In this document: positions 55,326 to 64,000 of the stretch, piece by piece
Layout of the letters: the number at the start of each line of letters is the position of its first letter
How positions within the stretch are numbered: the first letter of the stretch is position 1
From: Deltaproteobacteria bacterium
GTDB lineage: Bacteria > Desulfobacterota > Binatia > UBA9968 > JAJDTQ01
Direction: 5' to 3'
NCBI GenBank assembly: GCA_028821115.1
Contig: JAPPHF010000144.1
Coordinates: forward strand, 105-64,104
DNA: 64,000 bases
Translations under genes and position numbers: made by a program
The notes under the pieces: generated by a model
The model's database searches: none
What the model was told of the DNA's origin: nothing
Seen by the model: only the letters and a program-made list of their open reading frames with translations

Positions 55326-56681
55326 TTACGCAGCGAGCCGCTCAACGCACCTGCGGGCCGCCTCGGCGACCGCGACCGTATCCACCGTCGTCAGCACGCC
55401 GCCATGCACCACCGGGCGTCCTTCCACCAGCAGGTCACGAACGGTGAACGGGCCGCAGAGCATGAGAGCGGCCACCGGGTCCCAGGCGCCGGCGGCGCCC
55501 AAGCCGGAAACGTCCCAGATCGCCAGGTCGGCGCGCTTGCCCGGCTCGATGGTCCCGATTTCGCAGGCGCGCCCGAGAACGGTCGCTCCGCCCAGGGTCG
55601 CCAGCTCGAGGGCTTCGCGGGCGCTCATGGCGGCTGCGCCGCGGCGGACCCGCTGCAGCATCATGGCCTGCCGGGCTTCGGGCAAGAGGCTTCCGGAGTC
55701 GTTGCTGGCCGATCCGTCGACGCCCAGGCCGACGGCGACCCCGGCGTCGCGCATGGCCCGAACCGGCGCGATGCCCGACCCCAATCGGCAGTTCGACGAC
55801 GGGCAGTGCGCCACACCGGTCCCGGTCCGGGCAAATAGGGCGATCTCGCTCGGGTCGAGTTGAACACAGTGGGCGTGCCACACATGCTCTCCGACCCAGC
55901 CCAGCGACTCGGCATACTCGCCGGGACGGCAACCGATGTTGTCGAGCGACCAGGCGACGTCCTCGGCGTTCTCAGCCAGATGCGTGTGCAGGCGGACGCC
56001 CTTGTCGGCCGCCAGCGCGGCGGCATCCCGCATCAGTTCCCGGGAGACGGAGAAGGGCGAGCATGGGGCGATGCCGACCCGGACCATAGCGCCCTCGGAC
56101 GGATCGTGAAAGGCGTCGATGACGCGGATACAGTCTTCGATGATGTCGGCCTCGCGCTCGGTCATGTTGTCAGGAGGCAAACCGCCGGAGCTTTCGCCCA
56201 CGCTCATTGCGCCACGGGTGGGGTGGAAGCGCAGACCGACGGTGCCCGCGGCCTCGATGGTGTCCTCCAGCCGGACGCCGTCGGGATAGAGATAGAGATG
56301 GTCGGAGCTCATGCCGCAGCCGGACAGGGCCAGTTCCGCCAGCCCCAGTTGCGTCGACACGAACATGTCCTCGGGCCGCATGCGCGCCCAAACAGGGTAG
56401 AGTGACCTGAGCCAGCCGAACAGCGACGCGTCCTGGCAGGCCGGCACGGCGCGCGTCAGCGTCTGGAAGAGGTGATGATGGGTATTGACGAGCGCCGGCG
56501 TCACCACGCAACCGCCAGCGTCGATCACCTCCCACCCCGCAGAGTCCTCCGGACCGCCGGCGCCCACGCTTTCGATGCGGCCGTCCACCATAAGGATGTC
56601 CGCGCCAGTCAGCTCGCTTCGGTCCGCGTCCATCGTGACGACGACGTCGGCGTTACGGATCCAGTGTTTGTAGCCTGCCAA
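55326..56681 (-). CDS. Amidohydrolase-superfamily 8-oxoguanine deaminase-like enzyme
   Basis: LVNTHHHLFQTLTRA, LYPVWAR, HTHLAE and CPSSN motifs. Colinear with Pseudomonas 8-oxoguanine deaminase as recalled. Confidence 0.75.
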   Translation of the reverse strand: MAGYKHWIRNADVVVTMDADRSELTGADILMVDGRIESVGAGGPEDSAGWEVIDAGGCVVTPALVNTHHHLFQTLTRAVPACQDASLFGWLRSLYPVWARMRPEDMFVSTQLGLAELALSGCGMSSDHLYLYPDGVRLEDTIEAAGTVGLRFHPTRGAMSVGESSGGLPPDNMTEREADIIEDCIRVIDAFHDPSEGAMVRVGIAPCSPFSVSRELMRDAAALAADKGVRLHTHLAENAEDVAWSLDNIGCRPGEYAESLGWVGEHVWHAHCVQLDPSEIALFARTGTGVAHCPSSNCRLGSGIAPVRAMRDAGVAVGLGVDGSASNDSGSLLPEARQAMMLQRVRRGAAAMSAREALELATLGGATVLGRACEIGTIEPGKRADLAIWDVSGLGAAGAWDPVAALMLCGPFTVRDLLVEGRPVVHGGVLTTVDTVAVAEAARRCVERLAA

Positions 56682-56693
56682 TGGATTTTGGTA

Positions 56694-56930
56694 TCAAGAA
56701 CGCCCCGCACGTCCGGCTGCCACCTCGTCATCGAGCAGGTCAAGAATCGCCTGCTGGTCATACGCGGCATTGCGATCCTTTACCTGCTCGACGGTAAGGT
56801 CCTGAACGCGACGGCGCACGGCTTCGTCAACGAACCGGGACAGATCGTCCTTCTTTCCGCCGTTGCGCGCGAGAAAGGTGCGGACGATCCTGTCGGTCTC
56901 TTCGGAAACGGAAAGGTTCCACCGAGTCAT
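56694..56930 (-). CDS. Ribbon-helix-helix (CopG/ParD-like) small protein
   Basis: N-terminal beta-strand followed by two helices (TRWNLSVSEETDRIVRTFLA...DLSRFVDEAVRRRV). No adjacent toxin gene. Confidence 0.5.
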   Translation of the reverse strand: MTRWNLSVSEETDRIVRTFLARNGGKKDDLSRFVDEAVRRRVQDLTVEQVKDRNAAYDQQAILDLLDDEVAAGRAGRS

Positions 56931-56991
56931 GTCTCAATTCACCCTATACACCTAGTCCGCATATGCGCTTGTGCGGGCATCATATCGCGAG

Positions 56992-57390
56992 TCAGCCGGT
57001 CCGGCCAACGGCGAGGACCGTATATGCGCGGTGTCCCAGCCAGACCGCGACGAGACACAGCGTCACCGACAGGGCGATGTTGCCGAGAGCCTGGGGCCAG
57101 TGGCCGGCCCGCAGGAGGTCCAGCGTCTGCAGGCTGAAGGCGGAGAAGGTCGTGTAGCCTCCGCACACGCCCACCATGAGGAACGCGCGCGCTTCCGGTC
57201 CCGGCAATCCAAGGCGGCCCGGAAAGGAATCCATCGACGCCAGGACCCCGATGAGAAACGATCCCGTGACATTCACGGCAATCGTGCCCCACGGGAAGGC
57301 CTGCCCGAACGCTCCGGCAACCAGGTTGTTGCACCCGTGGCGCGCTACGCCGCCGATGGCGCTACCGAGCGCAATCCAGAAATAGATCAT
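56992..57390 (-). CDS. crcB: Fluoride ion channel CrcB (Fluc)
   Basis: 132 aa with 4 TM and a CrcB signature (GxxGGxTTFSxF : GVCGGYTTFSAFS). Confidence 0.9.
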   Translation of the reverse strand: MIYFWIALGSAIGGVARHGCNNLVAGAFGQAFPWGTIAVNVTGSFLIGVLASMDSFPGRLGLPGPEARAFLMVGVCGGYTTFSAFSLQTLDLLRAGHWPQALGNIALSVTLCLVAVWLGHRAYTVLAVGRTG

Positions 57391-59633
57391 GTCGAGGAAT
57401 CTGTACCGTCACGAGATGTAAGCACCACGAGGGCATCGAGGGCGACACCGCCCCGGCCTCGCAGCATGAAGGGATTGACGTCGATGGACTCGAGCCGGTC
57501 GCCCAGGTCACAGGCGAGCCGCGACACCGCCATCAACGCCTTGACTACGGCACACCGGTCCAGCGCCGGCGCCCCGCGATAGCCGTCGATCAACCAGGCG
57601 GCCCTGGTGCGCGCGATCAAGGCCTCGGCCCCGGCCTCATCGAGGGTCGGGGCGGCGAAGGCTATGTCACGATAAAGCTCCAGCGCCACTCCGCCCGATC
57701 CGAACATCACCATGGGGCCCATCTCCGGATCGCGCGAGGCGCCGACCACCAGCTCTAGCTCCCCGGCCACCTGCTCGGCCACCAGCACGCCGTCCACGGC
57801 GACTCCCCTGGCCTTGCGCGCGACGTTGCGCAGGATGGCGCCGTAGCCCTGGCGCACGGCGCTGGCGGTTGTGTTGTTCAGCAGCACGGCGCCCACGTCG
57901 GACTTGTGCGTCAGCTCGGCGCCCGCGGCCTTCAGCACCACCGGGAATCCCATGGCGCGGGCGATCCGCACCGCTTCGGCCGCGCTGCCGGCCAACCGCT
58001 CCCGAGGCGTCCGAAGGCCATAGGCGCGGAGCAGCGCCTTGGAGTCGACCTCCGACAGCGGGGTCGGGCCTGCACCGTGGCCGGGCCTGCCGAGCACCCT
58101 TCGCACGGCCGCCGGCACCCCTGAGGGACTGCGCCGCGGGGCCGACGCATTCCTCGACAACCGCCGCGCACAGGAGATGACCGAACGGACCGTCCGAAGC
58201 GATTTGTCCGTTTCCTGCAGGAACGCGACGTTTCGCAGACCGTCGCGCAGCTCCCTGGCATAGTCGTTCAGGCCGTGCGAGATCATGGTGACGAAGGCGA
58301 TGGGTTTCTTCGCCTTCGCCGCCAGCGCGTTGACTGCCCGCATGTTGGCTTCCTTGTTCCCGCCCTCGGGCGCCCGCAGCAGCTCCTCCTGCAGCAACAG
58401 CATGTCGATGGCGGGATCGTCCAGCAGCGTCTCGACGCAACGGATGTAGGTCTCGTGGCTCGTCAGCGCGCCAAATCCGGAATCCAGGGGATTGCCGATG
58501 ACGGTGCCGACGCCGAGCAACTGCCCCAGGCGCCTGCGGGTCTTGGCGGCGAGGGGCGGAAAGGAAAGGCCGTTGACTTCCGCCTGATCCAGGAGGACGC
58601 CGCGCAGGCCTCCCGAGAAGGTCATGGCGCCCAGCCCTTCGCCCTTGGGCAGCCGGGCGTGCAGCAGGTACTCAGCCATCTCCACCACGTCATCCAGCGT
58701 GGTGACGCGAACGGCGCCGTAATCGCCGGCGATGGCGTCGAAGGCATCGACGGAGCCCGCCAGCGCGCCGGTATGGGCGAGGGCGGCCGCCCGGCCGTTA
58801 TCCGAGGTGCCGAGCTTGACCACGATCACCGGCTTTCCCGCCTTCCTCGCCGCGCCGCAGGCGGCCAGGAACCGCTCCGGCTCCCGTACCGCTTCCAGGT
58901 ACGAAACGATGAGCCGTGTCTGAGGATCGGCCGCGAAATACTCGATGTAATCGGCGGTCTTGAGCCCGGCCTCGTTGCCGCTGCTGACGATGTAGCCCAC
59001 GTCCATGCCGCGTTCTTCGAGGGTGCGCTTGAGCGCCATCACCAGCCCGCCCGACTGCCCGACGATGGCGATGGGACCCGGTTTGGTGCGGTGCGGGCGG
59101 TTGTCGGTCATGGTGACAAACCCGGCGCGGCCGTTGAAGTTGCCGATGCAGTTGGGGCCGGAAACGGCGATCCCCAACTCCGCGATGGTGGCGGAGAGCC
59201 GCCGCCCGCGCTCGACCGCGACCGGGTGGGGCACTTCGCCGAAGCCGGACGACACCACCGTGGCGCTGCGCGCCCCGGCCGCCGCCCCTTCGCGCAGGGT
59301 GGCCTCCACGAACGGCGCCGGCACGAACACCGCCAGATGGTCGGGCGGCTCGGGAAGCTCGGCGTAGCTCTGGTAGCAGCGCGTGCCCCACACTTCCTCC
59401 CGCCTCGGGTTGAGGGGATAGACCGGGCCGCCGTAGCCGTAGCGGCCGAGATTGCGCCAGCAACGCTGGGGCCAGTTTCCCGGCTTGTCGGTGGCGCCGA
59501 CGATGACCACGTTGAGGGGGTTCAGCAGCGCCTCCACGTCGGGGCGCGGGTTCGGTGCCGATCGTGGCATTAGGGTTACCTGCGTGGGGCGGTCTGTCTC
59601 GATTGTCTGAAGACCCGACAATGGGTGCGTCAA
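57387..59633 (-). CDS. Acetyl/acyl-CoA synthetase (NDP-forming), with fused CoA-binding/ligase alpha and ATP-grasp beta domains
   Basis: CoA-binding Rossmann N-terminus (VVIVGATDKPGNW), succinyl-CoA-synthetase-like fold, ATP-grasp C-terminal half. Alternative start at MPRSAPN (59570). Confidence 0.85.
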   Translation of the reverse strand: MTHPLSGLQTIETDRPTQVTLMPRSAPNPRPDVEALLNPLNVVIVGATDKPGNWPQRCWRNLGRYGYGGPVYPLNPRREEVWGTRCYQSYAELPEPPDHLAVFVPAPFVEATLREGAAAGARSATVVSSGFGEVPHPVAVERGRRLSATIAELGIAVSGPNCIGNFNGRAGFVTMTDNRPHRTKPGPIAIVGQSGGLVMALKRTLEERGMDVGYIVSSGNEAGLKTADYIEYFAADPQTRLIVSYLEAVREPERFLAACGAARKAGKPVIVVKLGTSDNGRAAALAHTGALAGSVDAFDAIAGDYGAVRVTTLDDVVEMAEYLLHARLPKGEGLGAMTFSGGLRGVLLDQAEVNGLSFPPLAAKTRRRLGQLLGVGTVIGNPLDSGFGALTSHETYIRCVETLLDDPAIDMLLLQEELLRAPEGGNKEANMRAVNALAAKAKKPIAFVTMISHGLNDYARELRDGLRNVAFLQETDKSLRTVRSVISCARRLSRNASAPRRSPSGVPAAVRRVLGRPGHGAGPTPLSEVDSKALLRAYGLRTPRERLAGSAAEAVRIARAMGFPVVLKAAGAELTHKSDVGAVLLNNTTASAVRQGYGAILRNVARKARGVAVDGVLVAEQVAGELELVVGASRDPEMGPMVMFGSGGVALELYRDIAFAAPTLDEAGAEALIARTRAAWLIDGYRGAPALDRCAVVKALMAVSRLACDLGDRLESIDVNPFMLRGRGGVALDALVVLTSRDGTDSST

Positions 59634-59865
59634 TACGTGGGTGGCGCGAGGTTGTCAATGGGAGTTGCATCCGGTTCCCTCGGCGGCGCACCTGGACTCC
59701 CGCCCGCGAACCACTGTCCGACCTTCTTTCACTTTCCTGTCAACGACCGGAGAATTTCCCGAGCTGAAACGAAAAAAGGTTGGCTCAGGCTAAAGAAAGC
59801 GGATAAGATAACGATCAATAAAATATGACCATGGAATCGGGGCCGAGAGGGTTGTCGCCGGCCCT

Positions 59866-60231
59866 ATGACAAAGGCCGTTCAGGCAGCAGAAGGAGCCTG
59901 GCAAGAAATGAACGCAGAAACGATCAGCATTATCGTGTCCGTGGTAACCGTCGGCGCGGCAGTCGGAACCCTCACAATGATGGGCACCAGGCAACTGCGC
60001 CAAGACATGGACCGACGCTTCACCGAACTGCGTGACGACATTCGTGAAGTACGACACGATGTGAGTGAAGTGCGACGTGACGTGAATGCCCTGCGCGAGG
60101 CAGTAGGGATTCTAAAGGAGGCCGTAGCGTCTTTGAAGGAGGCAGTGGGGTTTTTGAGAAAGGATGTAGGGTCCCTGAAGGAGGAGGTGGCCGCTCAGAA
60201 AGAGCGGAGTGGGACTGCGGCTGCGAATTGA
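59866..60231 (+). CDS. Small membrane-anchored coiled-coil protein encoded by seven tandem 21-nt (heptad) repeats
   Basis: TM (ISIIVSVVTVGAAVGTLTMMG) followed by EVRHDVS/EVRRDVN/EAVGILK/EAVASLK/EAVGFLR/KDVGSLK/EEVAAQK. It sits in a lower-GC, AT-rich-flanked segment. Confidence 0.5.
   Translation: MTKAVQAAEGAWQEMNAETISIIVSVVTVGAAVGTLTMMGTRQLRQDMDRRFTELRDDIREVRHDVSEVRRDVNALREAVGILKEAVASLKEAVGFLRKDVGSLKEEVAAQKERSGTAAAN
60046..60201. repeat. Tandem 21-nt repeats (about seven units) inside the coiled-coil gene
   Basis: gaggcagtagggattctaaag / gaggccgtagcgtctttgaag / gaggcagtggggtttttgaga ... seen directly. Confidence 0.8.
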
Positions 60232-60475
60232 TATGAGACGCAGGGAACAAATCGCGGAACGCACAGACCGGGGCGCGACACCGAAACAGCGCTGACGGAG
60301 GTGCTCGCTCATGTACGTGGCGAGGCGAATCTTTCTTACCGAATCGTGTACGATCCTTGGCTGAACAGTTTGTCCCCTTCGGAAGCGACCGCAAACCGGG
60401 AATCTGCCGTCATCGGTCCAGCGACGAACTAGACAGGCGACGCCGACGAGGGCAGCAGACGCCACTCTAAACGGC

Positions 60476-63400
60476 TCAACCCGCCACCACTTTACCCGCC
60501 TGATACAGCCACCCCGGCATCGGGCGTTCAAGTTCCCACAGTATTTTCATCGGGCGTTCGGATTCATGCCTACGGTAACGGGCAAGACCGAGGCAGTGGT
60601 ACGGGAGGGTTTCACCGCGACCATCCTTCTTTCGCTCGCGCACGAACAGGATAACATTCGTGCCCCGAGTCGGCTGTTCAACATAGCGGCGCCCAGCGGG
60701 CGTGTCGGGTGATGCGCTGTTTTGCGACTCCCAGTGGAACAGCGTGGGGGAGATCGGGTAGTCAGCATACCGGGTCGTTGGGGAGTAGTCCGCGTCCGAT
60801 TTCTCGAGCGTAACGAAGAGCAGATCCGTCTGGGTCATTTCATCCCAGAGAACTCCGCCCTGCGGCACCACAAGCTTGCCACTCTTTGTTGTTCGAGCAT
60901 ACGCCGCCACGATCTCGCCGAGCGTATAGGTCGCGTGGCTCGCAAGAGGGACATCGCTCGCAACGTCAAGGAATTGCGACACAGTACGAATTCGGTCAGC
61001 CAGTATATCGATGAGATCAATAACTTCTCGACGCAACGCCGCAAATTCCCGGACCCGGTCAAGGAACCCATCGACTCCCGTGTTCGATTTACTGCCGACG
61101 CCCAGGATGGCGAACAACATGAGGCCTAGACGATAGTCGCGCCCGCGGAGTCCTGAAATCGGCTTGGGGCCATCCCCTTCCAGAATTGCCCGCCACGCGC
61201 CGAGCCTCTCGCGATCATCCACGTGAAGCAGTCGGCCGATGGCCCGCAAGAGAGGATCACCGGTGCCCAATAACGCGGTGTTCTGAACGAAGCCCGCCCT
61301 CTGGTGAAGCTCTGTGAAGCAGTGTCCCGTTCGGGGTTGTGCGTAAATCTCCTCGAGTTCAACGCCCGCTTTACGCATGAAATCCCCAAGCCGCGTCTCG
61401 GGGCCAAGGGCGCGCAGATCATCGGCGAGGCGTGCGCGGCTGTTCTGCACAGCTTCGCGTAGATTGTGCAACACCGTGTCTTTTGCGATCCGGTCGAGCT
61501 TCAGAGCGCATCCCGGTGGCAGAAGTGGGAAGTCCGCCTCCACGGCCCGCCGGATTTGGTGACGCGTGCCGCCCAGTAAAGCCCGGTAACGTATGTCATA
61601 GCGATACTCGCGCCGTACTTGGCCAACGAGGTCGAGCACGGTCAACACCCGCTTTCCCGCCGTCCATCGTAACCCCCTACCAAGCTGTTGGAGAAATACG
61701 GTGGCGCTTTCGGTCGGCCGGAGCATGAGCACGGTGTCAACCTCAGGTAGGTCGACACCCTCGTTGAACAGGTCAACGGCGAAGACAGCACGAATCTCTC
61801 CCCGACGCAGTCGCGTAAGCGCCGCACGACGATTCTCTGTCGGGGTGCTACCGTCAAGGGCCACCGCCGGATAGCCGAAACGGGTGAACTCCCTTGCCAT
61901 GAAGTGCGCGTGATCGACGCCTGCGCAGAATCCCAGAGCCCGCATTTGGCGTGGGTCCGTCACGTATTCGGTTACGGCGTCACGAATTCGGAGCGCGCGA
62001 GCGTGATCGCCGGTGAGCACATTATCCAGGTCGTTTGGCACATATCTCCCACGCTCGAAACGCACCGTCGAAAGATCGGTCGCATCGTTCACACCGAAGT
62101 AGTGGAAGGGACAGAGCAGTCCCTGGTCGAGCGCGTCCCAAAGACGCGATTCCGACGCGATGCGGCCGTCAAACCAATCGAGTACGGACTGGCCGTCGGC
62201 GCGTTCGGGCGTAGCGGTTAACCCGAGCAGAACCTTCGGTTTCAGGCGCGACAGGAGGCGCTCGTAGCTCGCGGCTGCCGCATGGTGAAACTCGTCGACG
62301 ATGACAACATCGAACCCGTCGGGTTCGATGTCGTCGACTCTATTGACGAGCGACTGCACCGAGGCAAACACATAACGACCTGACTGCGGGCGCTCACCGC
62401 GGATCAACCGCTCACCAAACCCCGGTTCGCCCAGTACGAGCTGGAAGACTTGTTGGCTTTGACGAAGAATCTCGTCGCGGTGCGCGACGAAAAGCAACGA
62501 TTGCCCCATACCCTGGTCACGCAATCGTTTGAAATCAAAAGCCGCGATCCAAGTCTTACCGGTACCGGTTGCCGCGACCACCAGATTGCGGCGATGCCCG
62601 CGCAGGCGCTCGGATTCGAGCGCCTCGAGCGCAACCGCCTGGTGGGGCTTCGGCCAGACGTCGACCAAGAGCGAAAGCGCGGTGTCGTCCGGTCTACCGC
62701 CGTGACTCTGTCTCGACAGCGCGTGGTCGAGTCGTCTGGCATCGCGTTCAGGTGTATAGTCCTCGAATTCGGGTTCCTGCCAGTATTGTTCGAAGGTGGC
62801 TTTGAAGCGCTCGATGACCTCAGGATTCTGGACTGCACTCACACGCACGTTCCATTCGAGTCCCTCAATCTGCGCTGTGTGGGTGAGGTTCGACGAACCA
62901 ATGTAAGCGGTATCCAGGCCACTGGCTCGGTGGAACAACCACGCTTTGGCATGGAGGCGTGTCCGCGCGATCTCGTACGAAACCTTTACTTGGGCACCGA
63001 GTGCGACCAGAGCATCGAGCGCGCGGCGTTCTGTCGAGCCAGTATAGACACTCGCAATCACCCGTACTTGCGCGCCTTCCTGTACTCGGGTCTCAAGCTC
63101 GGACCTAAACAACCGTAACCCGGAGTGACGCACGAACGCACATAGAAGATCGATTCGATCGGCGCTTGGAATCTCCCGCGCAATCTCACTTGCAATCTGA
63201 ACGTCGCGCCGCCCGTTGACGAGGAGACCGGTTCGACGGAGAGATAGTGTCGGGCGGGGGAGTGGCGAGGGCGTGCCCGCCAGTCCACGATGTTCGAGAA
63301 CCTCAAGGAGCAACCGTGCAGCCCCTGCGACTCGGTCGTCATGCACTGCACCATACTCGAAGAGGATTTCTACCAGCCGATTTACAAGGGTGATCTGGTC

Positions 63401-63610
63401 AGTGACCTGTCTGGCTCCCTCGCCCGGTACCGCTTCCAGCGCACGCCGAAGGAGTCCATATACGTGACGAGCCAAATGCTCGGGGCGCGCGGTTGCATCC
63501 GCCCAGCGGACATCCGCTCGCCAGCCCTCTTCGGTCCGGGCTGCTATCTCCGCCTCCAGAGCAGCGGTTAGCAGGTCCTCGTAGAGCCCGGGACGAAGCG
63601 GTCGCGTCAT
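60476..63610 (-). CDS. PLD(HKD)-family nuclease + SF2 DEAH-box helicase + C-terminal DUF3427-like domain protein (about 1044 aa)
   Basis: HKD-type motif LHAKAWLFHRASGLDTAYIGSSNLT. Helicase motif I is AATGTGKT, motif II is VIVDEFHH, motif III is LGLTATPER, and motif VI is QQLGRGLR. A long C-terminal domain follows. The start was moved to MTRPLRPGLYEDLL (63610), because the longer ORF start at 63754 overlaps the upstream HNH gene in another frame. Confidence 0.8.
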   Translation of the reverse strand: MTRPLRPGLYEDLLTAALEAEIAARTEEGWRADVRWADATARPEHLARHVYGLLRRALEAVPGEGARQVTDQITLVNRLVEILFEYGAVHDDRVAGAARLLLEVLEHRGLAGTPSPLPRPTLSLRRTGLLVNGRRDVQIASEIAREIPSADRIDLLCAFVRHSGLRLFRSELETRVQEGAQVRVIASVYTGSTERRALDALVALGAQVKVSYEIARTRLHAKAWLFHRASGLDTAYIGSSNLTHTAQIEGLEWNVRVSAVQNPEVIERFKATFEQYWQEPEFEDYTPERDARRLDHALSRQSHGGRPDDTALSLLVDVWPKPHQAVALEALESERLRGHRRNLVVAATGTGKTWIAAFDFKRLRDQGMGQSLLFVAHRDEILRQSQQVFQLVLGEPGFGERLIRGERPQSGRYVFASVQSLVNRVDDIEPDGFDVVIVDEFHHAAAASYERLLSRLKPKVLLGLTATPERADGQSVLDWFDGRIASESRLWDALDQGLLCPFHYFGVNDATDLSTVRFERGRYVPNDLDNVLTGDHARALRIRDAVTEYVTDPRQMRALGFCAGVDHAHFMAREFTRFGYPAVALDGSTPTENRRAALTRLRRGEIRAVFAVDLFNEGVDLPEVDTVLMLRPTESATVFLQQLGRGLRWTAGKRVLTVLDLVGQVRREYRYDIRYRALLGGTRHQIRRAVEADFPLLPPGCALKLDRIAKDTVLHNLREAVQNSRARLADDLRALGPETRLGDFMRKAGVELEEIYAQPRTGHCFTELHQRAGFVQNTALLGTGDPLLRAIGRLLHVDDRERLGAWRAILEGDGPKPISGLRGRDYRLGLMLFAILGVGSKSNTGVDGFLDRVREFAALRREVIDLIDILADRIRTVSQFLDVASDVPLASHATYTLGEIVAAYARTTKSGKLVVPQGGVLWDEMTQTDLLFVTLEKSDADYSPTTRYADYPISPTLFHWESQNSASPDTPAGRRYVEQPTRGTNVILFVRERKKDGRGETLPYHCLGLARYRRHESERPMKILWELERPMPGWLYQAGKVVAG

Positions 63611-63650
63611 GCCTCGTCCCGGCTGGAAGGAACCGGCAAGAGCCTTGGCA

Positions 63651-64000
63651 TCACCCGAGATAAACCTCTGAGTTGTGCCATTCCAGGAACTCGCGCCTTG
63701 GGTGATCCGTTGGCCGGTCGGGTAGGTTTGCCAGCGCCTTGTCGGCAAGTTCATAGTATATGCGGCCGTTCTCGAATTCCTCGCGTAGTCTCGAGCTCAC
63801 CACGAAACGAAGGGCGGGGTCGACAGTCACGTAGCCGTCATCGAACAGCCTATGAATATCCGCACGTAGTAGAAGTCCGTTCTGGGTACGATTAGGACCC
63901 GCGGCCGCATGTGCCTTGATGTGCGCTGCCTCCAGGGCAGGAAGGCTCCGCTCGGCTGTAACCGCACAGCGCCGGTGATACGCATCGGCAACAAGCGTCC
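63651..64000 (-). CDS. HNH endonuclease (HNH_2-like), C-terminal part. The gene continues beyond the window.
   Basis: Reverse-complement frame gives ...CAVTAERSLPALEAAHIKAHAAAGPNRTQNGLLLRADIHRLFDDGYVTVDPALRFVVS... (H-N-H motif). The stop TGA is at 63651-63653, 40 nt upstream of the helicase start. It is missing from the ORF track because it is edge-truncated. Confidence 0.7.
   Translation of the reverse strand, partial: TLVADAYHRRCAVTAERSLPALEAAHIKAHAAAGPNRTQNGLLLRADIHRLFDDGYVTVDPALRFVVSSRLREEFENGRIYYELADKALANLPDRPTDHPRREFLEWHNSEVYLG

Overview
This is a high-GC bacterial chromosomal segment, dense in housekeeping genes, almost all on the minus strand. No rRNA, tRNA or CRISPR is visible by eye. 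The HMM, structure, synteny and repeat-census checks named in the findings were not run.

From left to right the window contains:
- A complex-I-type nuo block: nuoL (partial), then nuoK, J, I, H, D, C, A. nuoB and nuoEFG are missing from it.
- A PhtD-like decarboxylase and an unrecognised hypothetical.
- An arsR-arsP pair, then ribBA with a degenerate GTP cyclohydrolase II half.
- proS-pyrF, then a TetR-regulated MFP/RND efflux operon.
- The origin-type cluster jag-yidC-yidD-rnpA-rpmH, then gpsA, gyrA and gyrB.
- An MFS transporter and the shikimate operon aroC-aroK-aroB-aroQ.
- The F1Fo ATP synthase operon: b', b, delta, alpha, gamma, beta, epsilon.
- parB-parA-rsmG-mnmG-mnmE with two perfect parS sites.
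- A class-I DAHP synthase, an unrecognised 729-aa membrane protein, a Gfo/Idh/MocA oxidoreductase and a YyaL-type thioredoxin-domain protein.
- A standalone LexA-like S24 peptidase pair, mltG, thiD, a DUF1772 protein, an 8-oxoguanine-deaminase-like amidohydrolase, an RHH protein, crcB and an NDP-forming acyl-CoA synthetase.
- At the right edge, a visibly lower-GC island: a coiled-coil protein built from 21-nt tandem repeats, a 1044-aa PLD(HKD)-nuclease + SF2 DEAH helicase + DUF3427-like protein, and a partial HNH endonuclease directly upstream of it. This pair is the best candidate for an uncharacterised defence-type module.

Other non-coding observations:
- A nested-palindromic MITE/REP-like repeat family occurs in at least four intergenic copies.
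- An extraordinary G/C homopolymer tract lies upstream of gyrB.
- Two small recurrent hairpin motifs are present.
- aroK and aroQ appear to use AUU start codons.
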